The notes beneath the pieces were generated by a model. The model was given only the letters and a program-made list of their open reading frames with translations, was not told the DNA's origin and did not search any database. A stretch of 42,072 nucleotides of DNA from Octopus bimaculoides. Its lineage: Eukaryota. Shown here one piece after another: positions 1 through 11,113 of the stretch (positions are counted from its first letter, which is position 1; every line of letters begins with the position of its first letter). The position numbers and the translations under genes are program-made. The stretch covers positions 92,078,866 through 92,120,937 of the forward strand of contig NC_068982.1 in NCBI RefSeq assembly GCF_001194135.2, given 5' to 3'.

Positions 1-23
1 TTTTTTTATTTCATTTCCGGGTA

Positions 24-54
<31 letters not shown>

Positions 55-257
55 TTCATTGAAAATAGTCATTTTGTTTAAAGTTATGAGGGGAAAACTC
101 GGATCTTGTGAATTTTCTGAAGTCCACTCCACACCACACCCCAATTTCTTTCTGCGCATCCTTGTTTTCATATTCATTTCCTACACATTTTTTTACACCC
201 GTTGCACTATCTTTTTTTTTATTTCATTTCCGGGTAATATTGTAAACATTAACCCGG

Positions 258-1370
258 TTTTTTTTTATGTTATCATCTTAGTTGACCTAATATACTGCAA
301 ATGCATTTTTTTTCTGTGGAAAACAGAGGGTGTGGGGTGGGGTGTACCCTGAAAAATCCTCCGGCTCTAATCTCACCAGAAAACTTTTGTTTCCATCGTT
401 TTTTTCTATGTTATCATCTTAGCTGACCTCTGCAAATGCATTTTTCTGTGTATATATTATATACCTCACAAAAATACTGTCAAGTAATTGTAAACAAAAT
501 TAGTGCTGGAATCAATCCTTCACAAAAATATTGACCACTCACTGAAAATTGTAAATGTTTTTCGAACTTTCTGTCTAAGAACTCTTGCAGTACCATAGTC
601 TGTGCTGAAGAAAGTCTGACAAATATCCTGTTTCATCAACATTACATGATAAACCACAAAGAAAATTTTGTTGACACCACATATGCATGCATACACTGAA
701 CATTGAACATTTTTGGTGAGATTTAAAAGAATGGATGAAAAGGCCAGGTATTCATTCAAACTATCTACACCAGTACCTGGCCAGGTATTTATTTATCTCT
801 CCTACAGAAAACCAAAAAAAAAATTGCTGCAGCAATTTTTTATTGCAGCAAAATTATATACACCCCTCCCAGATTGCCAGCAAAGGATTGATTCCAGCAA
901 AAATCCAGAGACAGAAGATATACTGGACTGCCCTTTAACTACATGAGATTAGCTAAATACTTTTCAAATTTTAAATTTTAAGGTCAGTTGGTTGATATGT
1001 TTCATTAAAATCTTTGTAAATTACTTCTCCATACCCAAAATGTGCTGCAAAATTTTGTTTTATTAATTTATGGCAAAAATTCATTTACAGTGCATTACAA
1101 GTTCAATTAAGATAATAAAAAAAAAACGCTCGTGGGTACAGCCTACCCCGCCTCCTCCATTTTCCACAGAAAATATGCATTTCCGGTATAGTAGGAGGTC
1201 GACTAAGATGATAACATAAAAAAAAATCATTGAAAAATAAAATTTTAGGTGAAATTGGGGCTGGAAAGGGGAATTTCTGAGGTTCCGACCCACCTCCTCT
1301 ATTTTCCATGGAAAAAATGCATTTCCGAGAGCTTATGAGGTCAACTAAGACGATTGTACCAAAAAAAAAG
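258..1370. mobile_element. Inverted arms built from ~100-145-bp tandem subrepeats flanking the Merlin remnant (probable long TIRs)
   Basis: The unit ttttatgttatcatcttagt[t/c]gacc...aaatgcatttt..tgtggaaaa occurs on + at 258-349 and ~400-450, and on - at 1134-1226 and ~1304-1370, with a partial copy at ~1085-1125. Sequence at 60-250 resembles 39720-40040. Confidence 0.6.
649..800 (+). mobile_element. Merlin (IS1595/ISXO2-like) DDE transposase C-terminal remnant, with a frameshift and a stop
   Basis: 649-680 reads INHKENFVDT. After a frameshift, 690-800 reads HTLNIEHFW*DLKEWMKRPGIHSNYLHQYLARYLF. This matches the VNH..nFVD / HT..IE.fW..lK / hl..Yl.ef motifs of IS1595/Merlin transposases. Confidence 0.72.
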
Positions 1371-1499
1371 ATGTGGGAAAAAAATTATTTACTTCCGAAA
1401 TTGAGTCTGGTGTGAAACTAAAAATTTACCGATTCTTTTGACATTATCATGTATCAACCAGACTCTCAGGTGTTGTTTTACTCACAATGTACTCTTCTT

Positions 1500-1700
1500 T
1501 TCCACCTTTACCCAAATCGTTTTACTACATCATTTTCCCATCATTGGAGAAGCTTTCCGAGTGGCCATTTCTGATCGCTTGGACACCATTCAGCAACTGC
1601 ACAGGTCCATGTCTGTGAGCCTTGCAACATGCTCAGTCCTGCAGAACTTGTGTTTTCTGTATTATGCGATCACATTAGTCTCACTACTCTGTTCTCCAGA
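1500..1700 (-). mobile_element. Degraded non-LTR retrotransposon (RTE-like) RT C-terminal fragment
   Basis: The minus strand reads KFCRTEHVARLTD and AVAEWCPSDQKWPLGKLL, resembling W.GHVAR / EW.PR..KR..GRP. A related copy is at 41520-41610. Confidence 0.5.
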
Positions 1701-3380
1701 GGGGGTTATTTGGGTATATTCTAAGGCCCAAAGTATACCAAACAGCCACACAAATTCACCTCTTGTATTTTTTCCTTGTTTTGTTTTTTAACTTTTTTTT
1801 TGTTTTTTGTTTTCAAAATTATGCCAATATGTCTGGAAAATTACATTTTATAGAATAATATTCAATTAATAAGTACCAGAAAGGAAAAGAGGGAATATTC
1901 CACAACAGATTTTTTTTTTTTTTTCATTTTCAGCATAATTGTAATCTACATCATCAAAACGGATAGGATGACAAAGTTGAGGTGCATGAAATATCACTTC
2001 CATCCCCTTTTTTCACACTAAATTTGGATACAAATGTAATCTACACCATCTGAAAAATTTCACTACAAAATACCCATTTTCCCGAACTTTATGAGGAAAC
2101 AAAGCTGATCCATGTAAATTTTCCAAATTCTTCTTCCACCCACTCTGAAAATTATTCTTACAGCAAATTCTGATATAGTCCTTATCTACATCATCTGAAA
2201 TGGATTTGTAGAAAATTTCATTAAAAATATGTTTTTTAAGAATGTTATCAGGAAACAAGTTTAGGGGTCACACTTGTGTAGCTATGTTTCAAAAACTATT
2301 TCTAAAGTACAGGGGACAATTTGATCAACTAAAACTTTTCAAACTTGGGCTCCAGCATGGTCACTATCCAATGGCTAAGACAAGTGAAAAAAAAAATAAA
2401 AGAATCTCTTCTCAATAATGTTATCCAATATATATTGTGGCTTAAAATATATATATATATAAGACAGGATGGTCATATATGGATGTCATTCCTTATAGTT
2501 CTACAGGATCATTGTTGACCTGGAACCAAATAACAAAAGCCAGGGACAGACGCATGTGCAAGCATTTGTATGTGTATAGCTGTCACCCAAAATGCTAGAA
2601 ATAACAACTATATATATATCTCATCAATATAAATTTCATTGTTAAATTAATGCATAAAAAGGAGGAAAGAAGAGATCCTCAAACTGGATTTGGCCTGAAT
2701 GCTTGCAACTGAGTGGGTTTTAATAAAGTTTCCCCAAGGTGCAAGGTTGTGGTATTACACTTTGGGATTTGAACTCAGAGAGCCACAGCAAACATTGCAA
2801 AGCATCTATTTGGTCTGACATTCTTGAAGTTCTATCAGTTCACCACTCATACCTGTGAAATGCAATGTAAATATAGTATAATGATGTAATTATTTAAATG
2901 AAAGTGTGTGTATGTATCTATGTCATTCCATCATGTCGAACCTTTAATCCCTACACATTTTTTCCTCACTCAATTTTTTTCCATTCTCGCCTCATTTATT
3001 TCCTCTCAACTCTTTCTTTCAATGAGTGTAGGCTTGAAACATCAAAGACTTTTCCATCCTTTCCGAGCATCAAACTAATACACCTGCTTGTTGTTCCCTC
3101 ACCTGTCTTCATCTTTTGTTTTCTGTAAATTTGTACTATATATTACATACACTCACATGGTCATTCCAGTTTGATCTTGTCTGACTGAACTTCCTCCTGT
3201 CCTCAACTCTCATCTCTCCTACGATATTCTCAAACTTTCAGTACCTCTTCTCATTCACCCAACCATCACTCCACCCAGATGACTGCTGGATCTTCGTTCT
3301 CTTTCAAACTCTACCACCATGAATCTTATTGGCTTTTGTTTATGTGTATATATATATGTGTATGTGTGTGTATATATATA

Positions 3381-3818
3381 GAATAAGAATAGCCTGTGCA
3401 AAGTTCAGAGAGCTCCTACCTTTGCTGGTGACAAAGGGCCTCTCACTCTGAGCAAAAGGTAGACTGTATGATGCATGTGTATGAACAGCCATGCTACATG
3501 GCAGTGAAGCATGGGCCATGACTGCTGAGGATATGCATAAGCTTGCAAGGAATGAAGCCAGTATGCTCTGCTGGATGTATAATGTCAGTGTGCATACACA
3601 ACAGTGTAAGTGCCCTGAGAGAAAAGTTGGATTTAAGAAGCATTAGATGTGGTGTGCAAGAGAGACAACTGTGCTGGTGTGGTCATGTGTTGCAAATGGA
3701 TGAGGACAGCTGTGAGAAAAAGAGTCACACCCTAGCAGTTGAGGGAACCTGTGGAAGAGGTAGACCCAGAAAGACCTGGGATGAGATGGTGAAGTACAAC
3801 CTTCGAACATTGGGCCTT
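3381..3818 (+). mobile_element. RTE-clade LINE 3' fragment
   Basis: Reads IRIACAKFRELLPLLVTKGLSL*AKGRLYDACV...CWCGHVLQMDEDSC...GRGRPRKTWDEMVKYNLRTLGL with stops and frameshifts. Homologous to the copies at 12.4-13.0, 20.0 and 32.3 kb. Confidence 0.9.
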
Positions 3819-3819
3819 T

Positions 3820-4285
3820 CCATTGACACTCGTGCCAGTGGAACATTAAAAGCACATCCAAACGTGGGATGTAACCAGCCCCCTTATGAGTACCCCTCAT
3901 TCATTGCACAATAAACTTTGCTTGTGAAGACCTATTGAGCAAGTGAAATCAAATCAGAATCGCTGATGTGACTGATGACAGTACCACCTGATTGGCACGA
4001 GTGCCAATGGAACATTAAAAGCACATCCAAGCATGATTGTTGGCAGGGCCACGGGTTGGCTCCCGTGCCGGTGGCACATAAAAAGCAGCATTTGAGCATG
4101 ATTGTTGTAAACTTTGCCTTACTGGTACATGTGCCAGTGGCATGTGAAAAACAACATTCAAGCGTGGTTGTTGCCAGTGCCGCCAGACTGGCTCCCGTGC
4201 AGGTAACACCTAAAAAACACCTTTTGAGCGTGGTTGTTACCAGAACCACCTGACTGGTCATCATGCTGGTGGCATGTAAAATCAA
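3820..4285 (+). repeat. ~65-bp minisatellite in the RTE 3' tail
   Basis: Units beginning gtgcc[a/g]gtgg...aaaagca start at ~4001, 4065, 4131, 4197 and 4263, with an isolated unit at ~3832. Confidence 0.75.
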
Positions 4286-4289
4286 GTTG

Positions 4290-4586
4290 CTGCTGGGGAT
4301 GTTGTGGATTGTCAGGATTAAAGTAGACTCACTGGCCATTATCTAGATGTTCAGCTAGATGGATAACAGTTGGATGCTGTTCATGCAGCAGACAGTTAAA
4401 CAATCTCCAGGCTGTTTCATTGCTGCTAATGTAGCATGCCATCTGGTAGCATGTCACTTCATCATCTATGTATTGGAAGTTTATCAAGATATAACATTTT
4501 CTAATCCCTATCCAAGTAGAAATAGTCACATCAGATTTAAACATTTTATTAGGTCCATTCCACGAACAATTATTTGAATAACTCAT
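4290..4586 (-). mobile_element. Helitron Rep/helicase fragment
   Basis: The minus-strand ORF reads DDEVTCYQMACYISSNETAWRLFNCLLHEQHPTVIHLAEHLDNGQ*VYF. This matches the Helitron motif DEI..YQ.gRYISSNEA.WRIF...iHer.PtV.hLavHLeNGQrVYF. Confidence 0.8.
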
Positions 4587-5674
4587 GTCGATATCTGTAA
4601 CTTATGTCACAGGAATATTGGACTTTAAAATTAATAAAGTTTATCGTATAAATTGAAAGATATCCTACAGTGTACATTGCTTAAAGGACCAAATGAATGA
4701 ATGAGTTATATCAATATAATAAGAGTTTTCAACATGACATGCGTCCATATACAGATCTTTCATTATTTAGCAACCTTACTGTTTCTATTCCTTCTGAAAA
4801 TTACATAAGTTGTGTGTAACATCAAATTTTAAGTTTTACATTATAATAATTCCAGTTCTTCACAGAGGCCCCCTGCAACCATAGGGGTTGCAGGGGCTTA
4901 GCACTGGCCCTGCTGTAAACAAATTCATGGTTTAGGGTTAGTAATTAGTGAATATGGTGTTATTGTAAATATTTACCAAATTTTTATCCAGTCACAATTA
5001 TGTTTATCAGCAACCAGCCTTTGTGTGAAAGTGTTGGTGTAAATGCATGCTCAACAGGACCATACACAGAAATTTTGTTTCAGAAAAGTACTTCTTACAT
5101 ACCTTGCTGTCAATTCAGTGGATTAATCCCAACAAAATACTACAAGGCTAGTCGCTGGATCAGCACCTCTGTTTGTGTTCTTCATTCCAAAATAATAAAA
5201 ACTTTAATATACTTCCAAAATGGAATTTCATCTATGTGTATCTGCATGCATATATGTGCAGGTGTGTGTGTGTGGTGGGGATAGTGCACAAGAAAGATAT
5301 TTACAGAAATGTACTCATAAAAATTCTATTAAAATAAATTATCTTTATAAGCCATGTTTGCAATTCTCCATATAAATGATAGCAAAGTGTGTATCAAATG
5401 AAATTAAAATCTTAGTTCAGTGACAGATCAATCAAGTTAGTAAAGTTTTAACGTTTCTGCTAACGGCATATTCTCTCTTCTAATTAAATATTGAAAAAGA
5501 GAGAAAATGCTGCTCTCTCTTTTGCAAGAGAAATTAATTTTGGCAGTAAGGACTAAACCCCTTGTTTGATTATAACAATTAAAAAGCGTTTATCTTTACT
5601 TTTAAAAAAAGAGGTGGGGTGGTAGACATATGATGGAGAATTATTCAATATTGTGTTTGCCTCTATCAGAATTG

Positions 5675-5780
5675 TTTACCTTCATGCCAAATTTGGTGCA
5701 GATTGATCCAGCGGTTTGGCCATGCATTGAGGAAACACACACACACACAGAGTGAATTTTATAGATATAGAAAGATAGAG
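5675..5780 (+). mobile_element. Possible non-autonomous Helitron/Helentron (DINE-1/Lep1-like) terminal fragment
   Basis: gccaaatttggtgcagattgatccagcggtttggcc is followed by (CA)n and attttatagatatag, the layout of the short microsatellite-bearing Helitron derivatives. Recognition only. Confidence 0.35.
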
Positions 5781-5809
5781 TTTGGAGCAGTCCTCTAACT
5801 TGCAGATCC

Positions 5810-5886
5810 CATCACACTGTCCAACCCATGCCAGCATGGAAAACAGACGTTAAATGATGAGGATGATGATGATGATGATGATGATA
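5810..5886 (+). mobile_element. RTE/SINE 3' tail with (GAT)n
   Basis: ccaacccatgccagcatggaaaacagacgttaaatgatga... The same tail ends the copies at 11899 (-), 15955 (+) and 20505 (+). Confidence 0.8.
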
Positions 5887-6215
5887 TATATAAGATTTCA
5901 TAAGCAAAAACAAGAAAACACAATATTATCCTGAATAATGTGTCATCAGTGTTAACATGTACTACTCAAGTACACCTGCAACTGTTGTAAGCTATCATAT
6001 TATTGCCTTTCAGAAAAGCTAATGGAAGGTAGGCATTTATGGAATAATCTATAGTTTACCAACTTGTATCAGCATGATGCAATTGAGGTTAAATTCACCA
6101 AGATGACAACAGAAAACTAAGTAAAAAATATTCAATCACATGAGCCTTGATACTTCCAACTTGATTAGTTTTGTAAATATTTATGCATTCTATTTATACA
6201 TCTCTTTTTTTTTGT

Positions 6216-6527
6216 GAAGGCGCATGGCTTAGTGGTTAGGGCATTTGGCTCATGATCGTAAGGTCGTGAGTTCAATTCCCAGTGATGCAATGTGTCCTTG
6301 AGCAAGACACTTTATTTCCTGTTATTCCAGTCCACTCAGCTGGCAAAAATGAGTAGTACCTGTATTTCAACAGGCCAGCCTTGTCACACTGAATCTCCCT
6401 GAGAACTACGTTAAAGGTACACATGTCTGTGGAGTGCTCAGTCACTTGCACGTTAATTTCACAAGCAAGCTGTTCCATTGATCGTATCAGCTGGGACCCT
6501 CATCGTTATAACTGGCAGAGTGCTCCT
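6216..6527 (+). mobile_element. Full-length tRNA-derived SINE with a 13-bp target-site duplication
   Basis: A box (tggcttagtggttag) and B box (gagttcaattccc), then ccttgagcaagacactt. TSD tacatctcttttt at 6197-6209 and 6528-6540. Confidence 0.85.
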
Positions 6528-6650
6528 TACATCTCTTTTTACTTTGTAGTTTATACAACTTCATACAGAAAAAAAGTCACATATTTTTTTATATTTTTGT
6601 TATTTCAGTCACTGGATACAAATAATGATCAATAATACTGACAGAAAGTA

Positions 6651-7629
6651 ATGGAAAATCTGAAGACACAATCAGGGGACCTATGTCATGAAATAGGAAG
6701 ATTGTTGACATTCTCTGGAGATATTCAACAAAAACTAACAGCTACAGAGCTTGCTGCAAATGGTTATTATTATAATAGTACAGAAGGAAAAATAATATGC
6801 TTTTTCTGTAAATCTGTACTGGAATTTTCAGATTCCAATTTTAAACATAAATATTTGTGTAAACATAAAGTTAACAGTTCTTCAGTTTATTTACATGATG
6901 ATACAGATATTGAAAATGCTGCAGCTTTTAATGTTCAAAACACTGAACGAGAAACTGAGACTGTAGTAACAACTAGTACTGAAAAAGTTATTAATTCAAA
7001 TAAAAATGAAATGCTTGATATGCAAAAAAGACTGGATTCCTTTGAAAATTGGGACAAAAGCATGCCAGTAACACCCACAGATTTTGCCAAAAATGGATTT
7101 TATTACCTAGGTTATGGAGATGCTGTTAAATGTGCATACTGCTCTGTCCAACTGCGCAACTGGAAAGAAAATGATGATGTCCATAAAGAACATACACGTT
7201 TTAGTCCAAAATGTCCAAATTTAGAATCTTTTATCAAAATGGATTTGAAATACGAACTGAATCGGATAAAAAGTTTTGTTCAGTGGACGACATCTTACCC
7301 ATTAAAAGCTAAAGATTTGGCAGCTAATGGTTTCTACCACAAGGGGCCTGCAGATAATGTCTGTTATATATTTTGCAAATGTGAAATCAAAAATTGGAAA
7401 GCCAATGATAATATTAGAGGAAAACATAGGTCAGTTTCTCCGAACTGCCCTTTCTTGTGTGGGAAATTGGTAGGTAATGTACCAATACCAAATCAGAGTA
7501 ATAAATTTAACTCTCCAAAACATCCACATTTTGCCTCATTAAGTGAACGTCTTAAAACATTTTCTTCATGGCCAGAGAATAAAAATCAAAAACCTGAATC
7601 TTTAGCAGATGCTGGGTTCTTTCATAATG
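6651..7629 (+). CDS. IAP (BIRC-like) coding exon 1: degenerate BIR1, BIR2, BIR3 and the start of BIR4
   Basis: The 354-aa ORF has four R..[ST]F / LA.nGF[YF] units, and BIR2 has the canonical CX2CX16HX6C (C161, C164, H181, C188). A polypyrimidine-AG acceptor is at 6607-6608. A phase-1 donor G|gtaaat is at 7630, so the ORF tail beyond 7629 is intronic. Confidence 0.93.
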
Positions 7630-8626
7630 GTAAATACATACAATATTTATATATATATATCTTTGGTTGGTCTCTTTTATTGTATTATTTCCAATTTCCA
7701 TGCCTGCATTTATAGCATGTTTTGAAAATTGGTTCTTTACATATTGTTAGAGACAGCTGGGTAAACTAAGGTAAGCAAAGAAAATATGCCCTAACTCTAT
7801 TTTTCAAGGGCCCAATATAATGACTAAGAAAGTTTGAGCTTATAATCATATTATCAATTTTACCATTACACCTAGCTTGCCTCTGAAAATTTAAAATTAC
7901 CTTTTATTTTGTAAATAGAAACATTATTATTTCTAAATCTCTCAACGAGAGACATTCAGTAATGGTACTCTAAAGTAAAGATTATTTGCCAACATAATAT
8001 GTCAGTCCTGGTTGGGATGAATGTTACATCGTCTCCAGCTTGCTATACAACACACTGTGTCCTTGTATTTTCGAACAGGGGAGTTTAGCACCCTGTTATT
8101 TAGAAAATTTAAAAAACATTAATAGTAAAGATAAATAAGAAAATATGGTACAGAGTAATCATCTTTTGAGGTTACTAATACTGTTTTGATCATTAGCATT
8201 TCTATTTTCTGGTGCCATATTTATTTATCAAACAGGAAAGAAAGAAATTGTCAATATGCAGATTGATGTATTAATTTCCGTGAAAAATAAGAGAAACACT
8301 ATGTTATCAACCTGTACAACGCTTGTTAGTTGACCATTTCTTTCCTTTTGGTTTTATCATCTTAAAGAAAATAATTAACAAGTTTAAACTCATTCATCAG
8401 TCCTTTACAAAAAATTGCAATAACTTTTCTTTTGTTAAAAATGCTAAGTACATACTAACTTCATTTGATCTTTAGTTAATGGCAGACTCAGCAGAGAACT
8501 AGGCTGTAGTTAGGTCTCTTTACATTCTGAATTCTTGCACAATCATACTGAATTTTTTAATTCCTAATTAAATCTTTCAGACTTGTGTGTTTTAATTATT
8601 CTCTTTCATTTCCTATTGGTCTACAG

Positions 8627-9121
8627 GAAAAGCTGATACAGTAATTTGTTTTAGCTGTGATGGTGGCTTACGTAATTGGGAGGAGGATGACATTCCATGG
8701 AAAGAACATATTCGGTGGTTTCTATGTGCATTTCAGATACTTCTGCATATATGATCAACTAGGATTCTACAGAAATCAATAGATTAACACCAACACAGCC
8801 TTCTCAAAACCTCCCCATTCTGCTAAGAATAGAGAACTGTGCCTACTTTTAACAATACAGTTTGCTTTGCTACTTATTTTAGATGTCTATGTAGATACAA
8901 GTAGACTTAGATACCTTTTCAGCTGTCTCACTATTGACTCAGTGGCAAATCTTGGATGTGATAGTTCAAGGTAGAGAGAATTGCACAAGCACCCAGCTGG
9001 TACTTATTTGCTACTTAGTAGATTCAAGCTACATAAAGTGCCTTGCTTACTAAATCAAATGAAAGATTCTAAATACGTCAGAGAAGCAAATGTAAAAAAC
9101 AGTGTATCTTCATATGACCCA
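8627..9121 (+). CDS. IAP exon 2 (rest of BIR4), interrupted as assembled by a 341-bp duplicated segment
   Basis: The acceptor ctacag|ga continues phase 1 as [32 protein letters not shown]. After the insert, 9059-9121 reads [21 protein letters not shown] and ends at a phase-0 donor |gtaagt. Confidence 0.85.
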
Positions 9122-9782
9122 GTAAGTTAATAAAAAATAACATCAATAACAACAAATGAATAACTTACAATTCATGTTTCCAATAAATAACCTTTATTAA
9201 TTGCTAGACTAATCTTACTGCTTGAAGCATATTGCTACCCTTGTTAATTCACACATCTATTTCAAGAGTTAAAGGAACAATCTGAAAAAAGAAAATATTG
9301 GTCAGCAGTTATCTGAAATGTTAATAAGATGTCTTTAAAGTCAACCATTCCATTGAAGTGATGAGCTAACTCACCTGTTATTTTGTCCACTATCTCTGAA
9401 GATATGAAACATAAAATGTCAGACAGAGAAATGGAGAGAGAGAATTGTTTATTATCAAATGATTTTATTCAACAGTGAGTTGATACATAGTCATTCAATT
9501 AGCTGAAAATAACAGCCTAAACTCTCACAAATTACAATCAATCATCTTAAAGGAAAGCTATATTGAATTATATTCTGTACAAATGATGGGTTTATCATGG
9601 CTGGAACCATTTCTTCACAGTTTATTCAAATACAACTGATCTAGTAATATATAACAACAAAGTTTACTTCAAGCCAACTAATAAAGGCTCCTGCAATGTC
9701 ACTCAGTTTGCTTGATATAGCAGCCATATTTCTCTCAAATCACATCTTACCATCAAAACTGATAACGGAATCATTAGATAAT

Positions 9783-9850
<68 letters not shown>

Positions 9851-10186
9851 NNNNNNNNNNNNNNNNNNNNNNNNNNNNNNNNNNNNNNNNNNNNNNNNNN
9901 NNNNNNNNNNNNNNNNNNNNNNNNNNNNNNNNNNNNNNNNNNNNNNNNNNNNNNNNNNNNNNNNNNNNNNNNNNNNNNNNNNNNNNNNNNNNNNNNNNNN
10001 NNNNNNNNNNNNNNNNNNNNNNNNNNNNNNNNNNNNNNNNNNNNNNNNNNNNNNNNNNNNNNNNNNNNNNNNNNNNNNNNNNNNNNNNNNNNNNNNNNNN
10101 NNNNNNNNNNNNNNNNNNNNNNNNNNNNNNNNNNNNNNNNNNNNNNNNNNNNNNNNNNNNNNNNNNNNNNNNNNNNNNNNNNNNTA

Positions 10187-10527
10187 TTTCTATGTGCATT
10201 TCAGATACTTCTGCATATATGATCAACTAGGATTCTACAGAAATCAATAGATTAACACCAACACAGCCTTCTCAAAACCTCCCCATTCTGCTAAGAATAG
10301 AGAACTGTGCCTACTTTTAACAATACAGTTTGCTTTGCTACTTATTTTAGATGTCTATGTAGATACAAGTAGACTTAGATACCTTTTCAGCTGTCTCACT
10401 ATTGACTCAGTGGCAAATCTTGGATGTGATAGTTCAAGGTAGAGAGAATTGCACAAGCACCCAGCTGGTACTTATTTGCTACTTAGTAGATTCAAGCTAC
10501 ATAAAGTGCCTTGCTTACTAAATCAAA
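10187..10527 (+). repeat. 341-bp apparently identical direct duplicate of 8719-9059
   Basis: Base-by-base reading shows no differences, at an offset of 1468. This copy starts 2 nt after the N-gap at 9851-10184. Confidence 0.9.
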
Positions 10528-11050
10528 CATTTCAAATTACTAACTTCCCTAAATATAAACCCTCTAATTTGAGCTATTTTGATCTCATTTAATTGATACT
10601 ATTTGAACATTTAACTTGATAATTAGTTGGCATTCAAATGTTAAATTTCTGTACCCACTTTAACTTTATAGAACTTCAGTGTTTGAAAAAATAAATCATC
10701 ACCTCTAGATTTCTATCTTTTTGTTGTTGCTTACATCTGGTGTCTCAGATATGAAACATCATAACAAAATCGGTGCTGGCGATGATTTCTACAAAAACCT
10801 GTAGAGATAACCTTATGCAGTGATATAATAGTACCGCAAACACAGTGGAATACAGTATTGACTTATAAAAGCATTTAATATATTTTGTAATATGTTATGG
10901 TTGCATAACAAAATACGGTGTCCCTACAGGTCATTAATATTTACGCACCAGATTCCAGGAATATGTTTAATGTCTAAAATTGATGTGTCCAATAATATTA
11001 CACTGCTATATTTAGTGTCTATTTAAGACTTGAGTCCATGGATGATTCAT

Positions 11051-11113
11051 GGGTTGGATTGGTACTGATGAAGGAGCAAAACTCCTGAAATATAGTATAT
11101 ATTCCCATTACCC
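11051..11113 (+). ncRNA. Type I hammerhead ribozyme-like motif
   Basis: CUGAUGA (11065-11071), helix II AGGAG/CUCCU with loop CAAAA, GAAA (11087-11090), helix III AUAU/AUAU, and a putative AUA cleavage triplet ending at 11101. Helix I is only partly paired. Confidence 0.55.

Noticed and set aside
6216-6290. tRNA-like heads here and at 19256, 34805 and 38047
   Set aside because: A/B boxes are followed by SINE bodies with no complete cloverleaf, so these are SINEs and not tRNA genes.
7630-7715. C-terminal 27 aa of the 354-aa ORF (KYIQYLYIYIFGW...)
   Set aside because: Read-through into an intron. The BIR continues in phase at 8627 after a GT donor at 7630.
9036-9058. KC-x-CLLNQ just before MKDSKY as the genuine end of BIR4
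   Set aside because: The KC is out of frame with the ATG. ataaagtgccttgct also matches the reverse complement of the SINE at 6296-6320 and is present in the intronic copy, so the resemblance is probably coincidental, though it is not excluded.
10204-10320. Possible IAP exon after tgcatttcag ([23 protein letters not shown]...)
   Set aside because: All three frames contain stops and no donor follows. 20544-20637 fits the required phases better.
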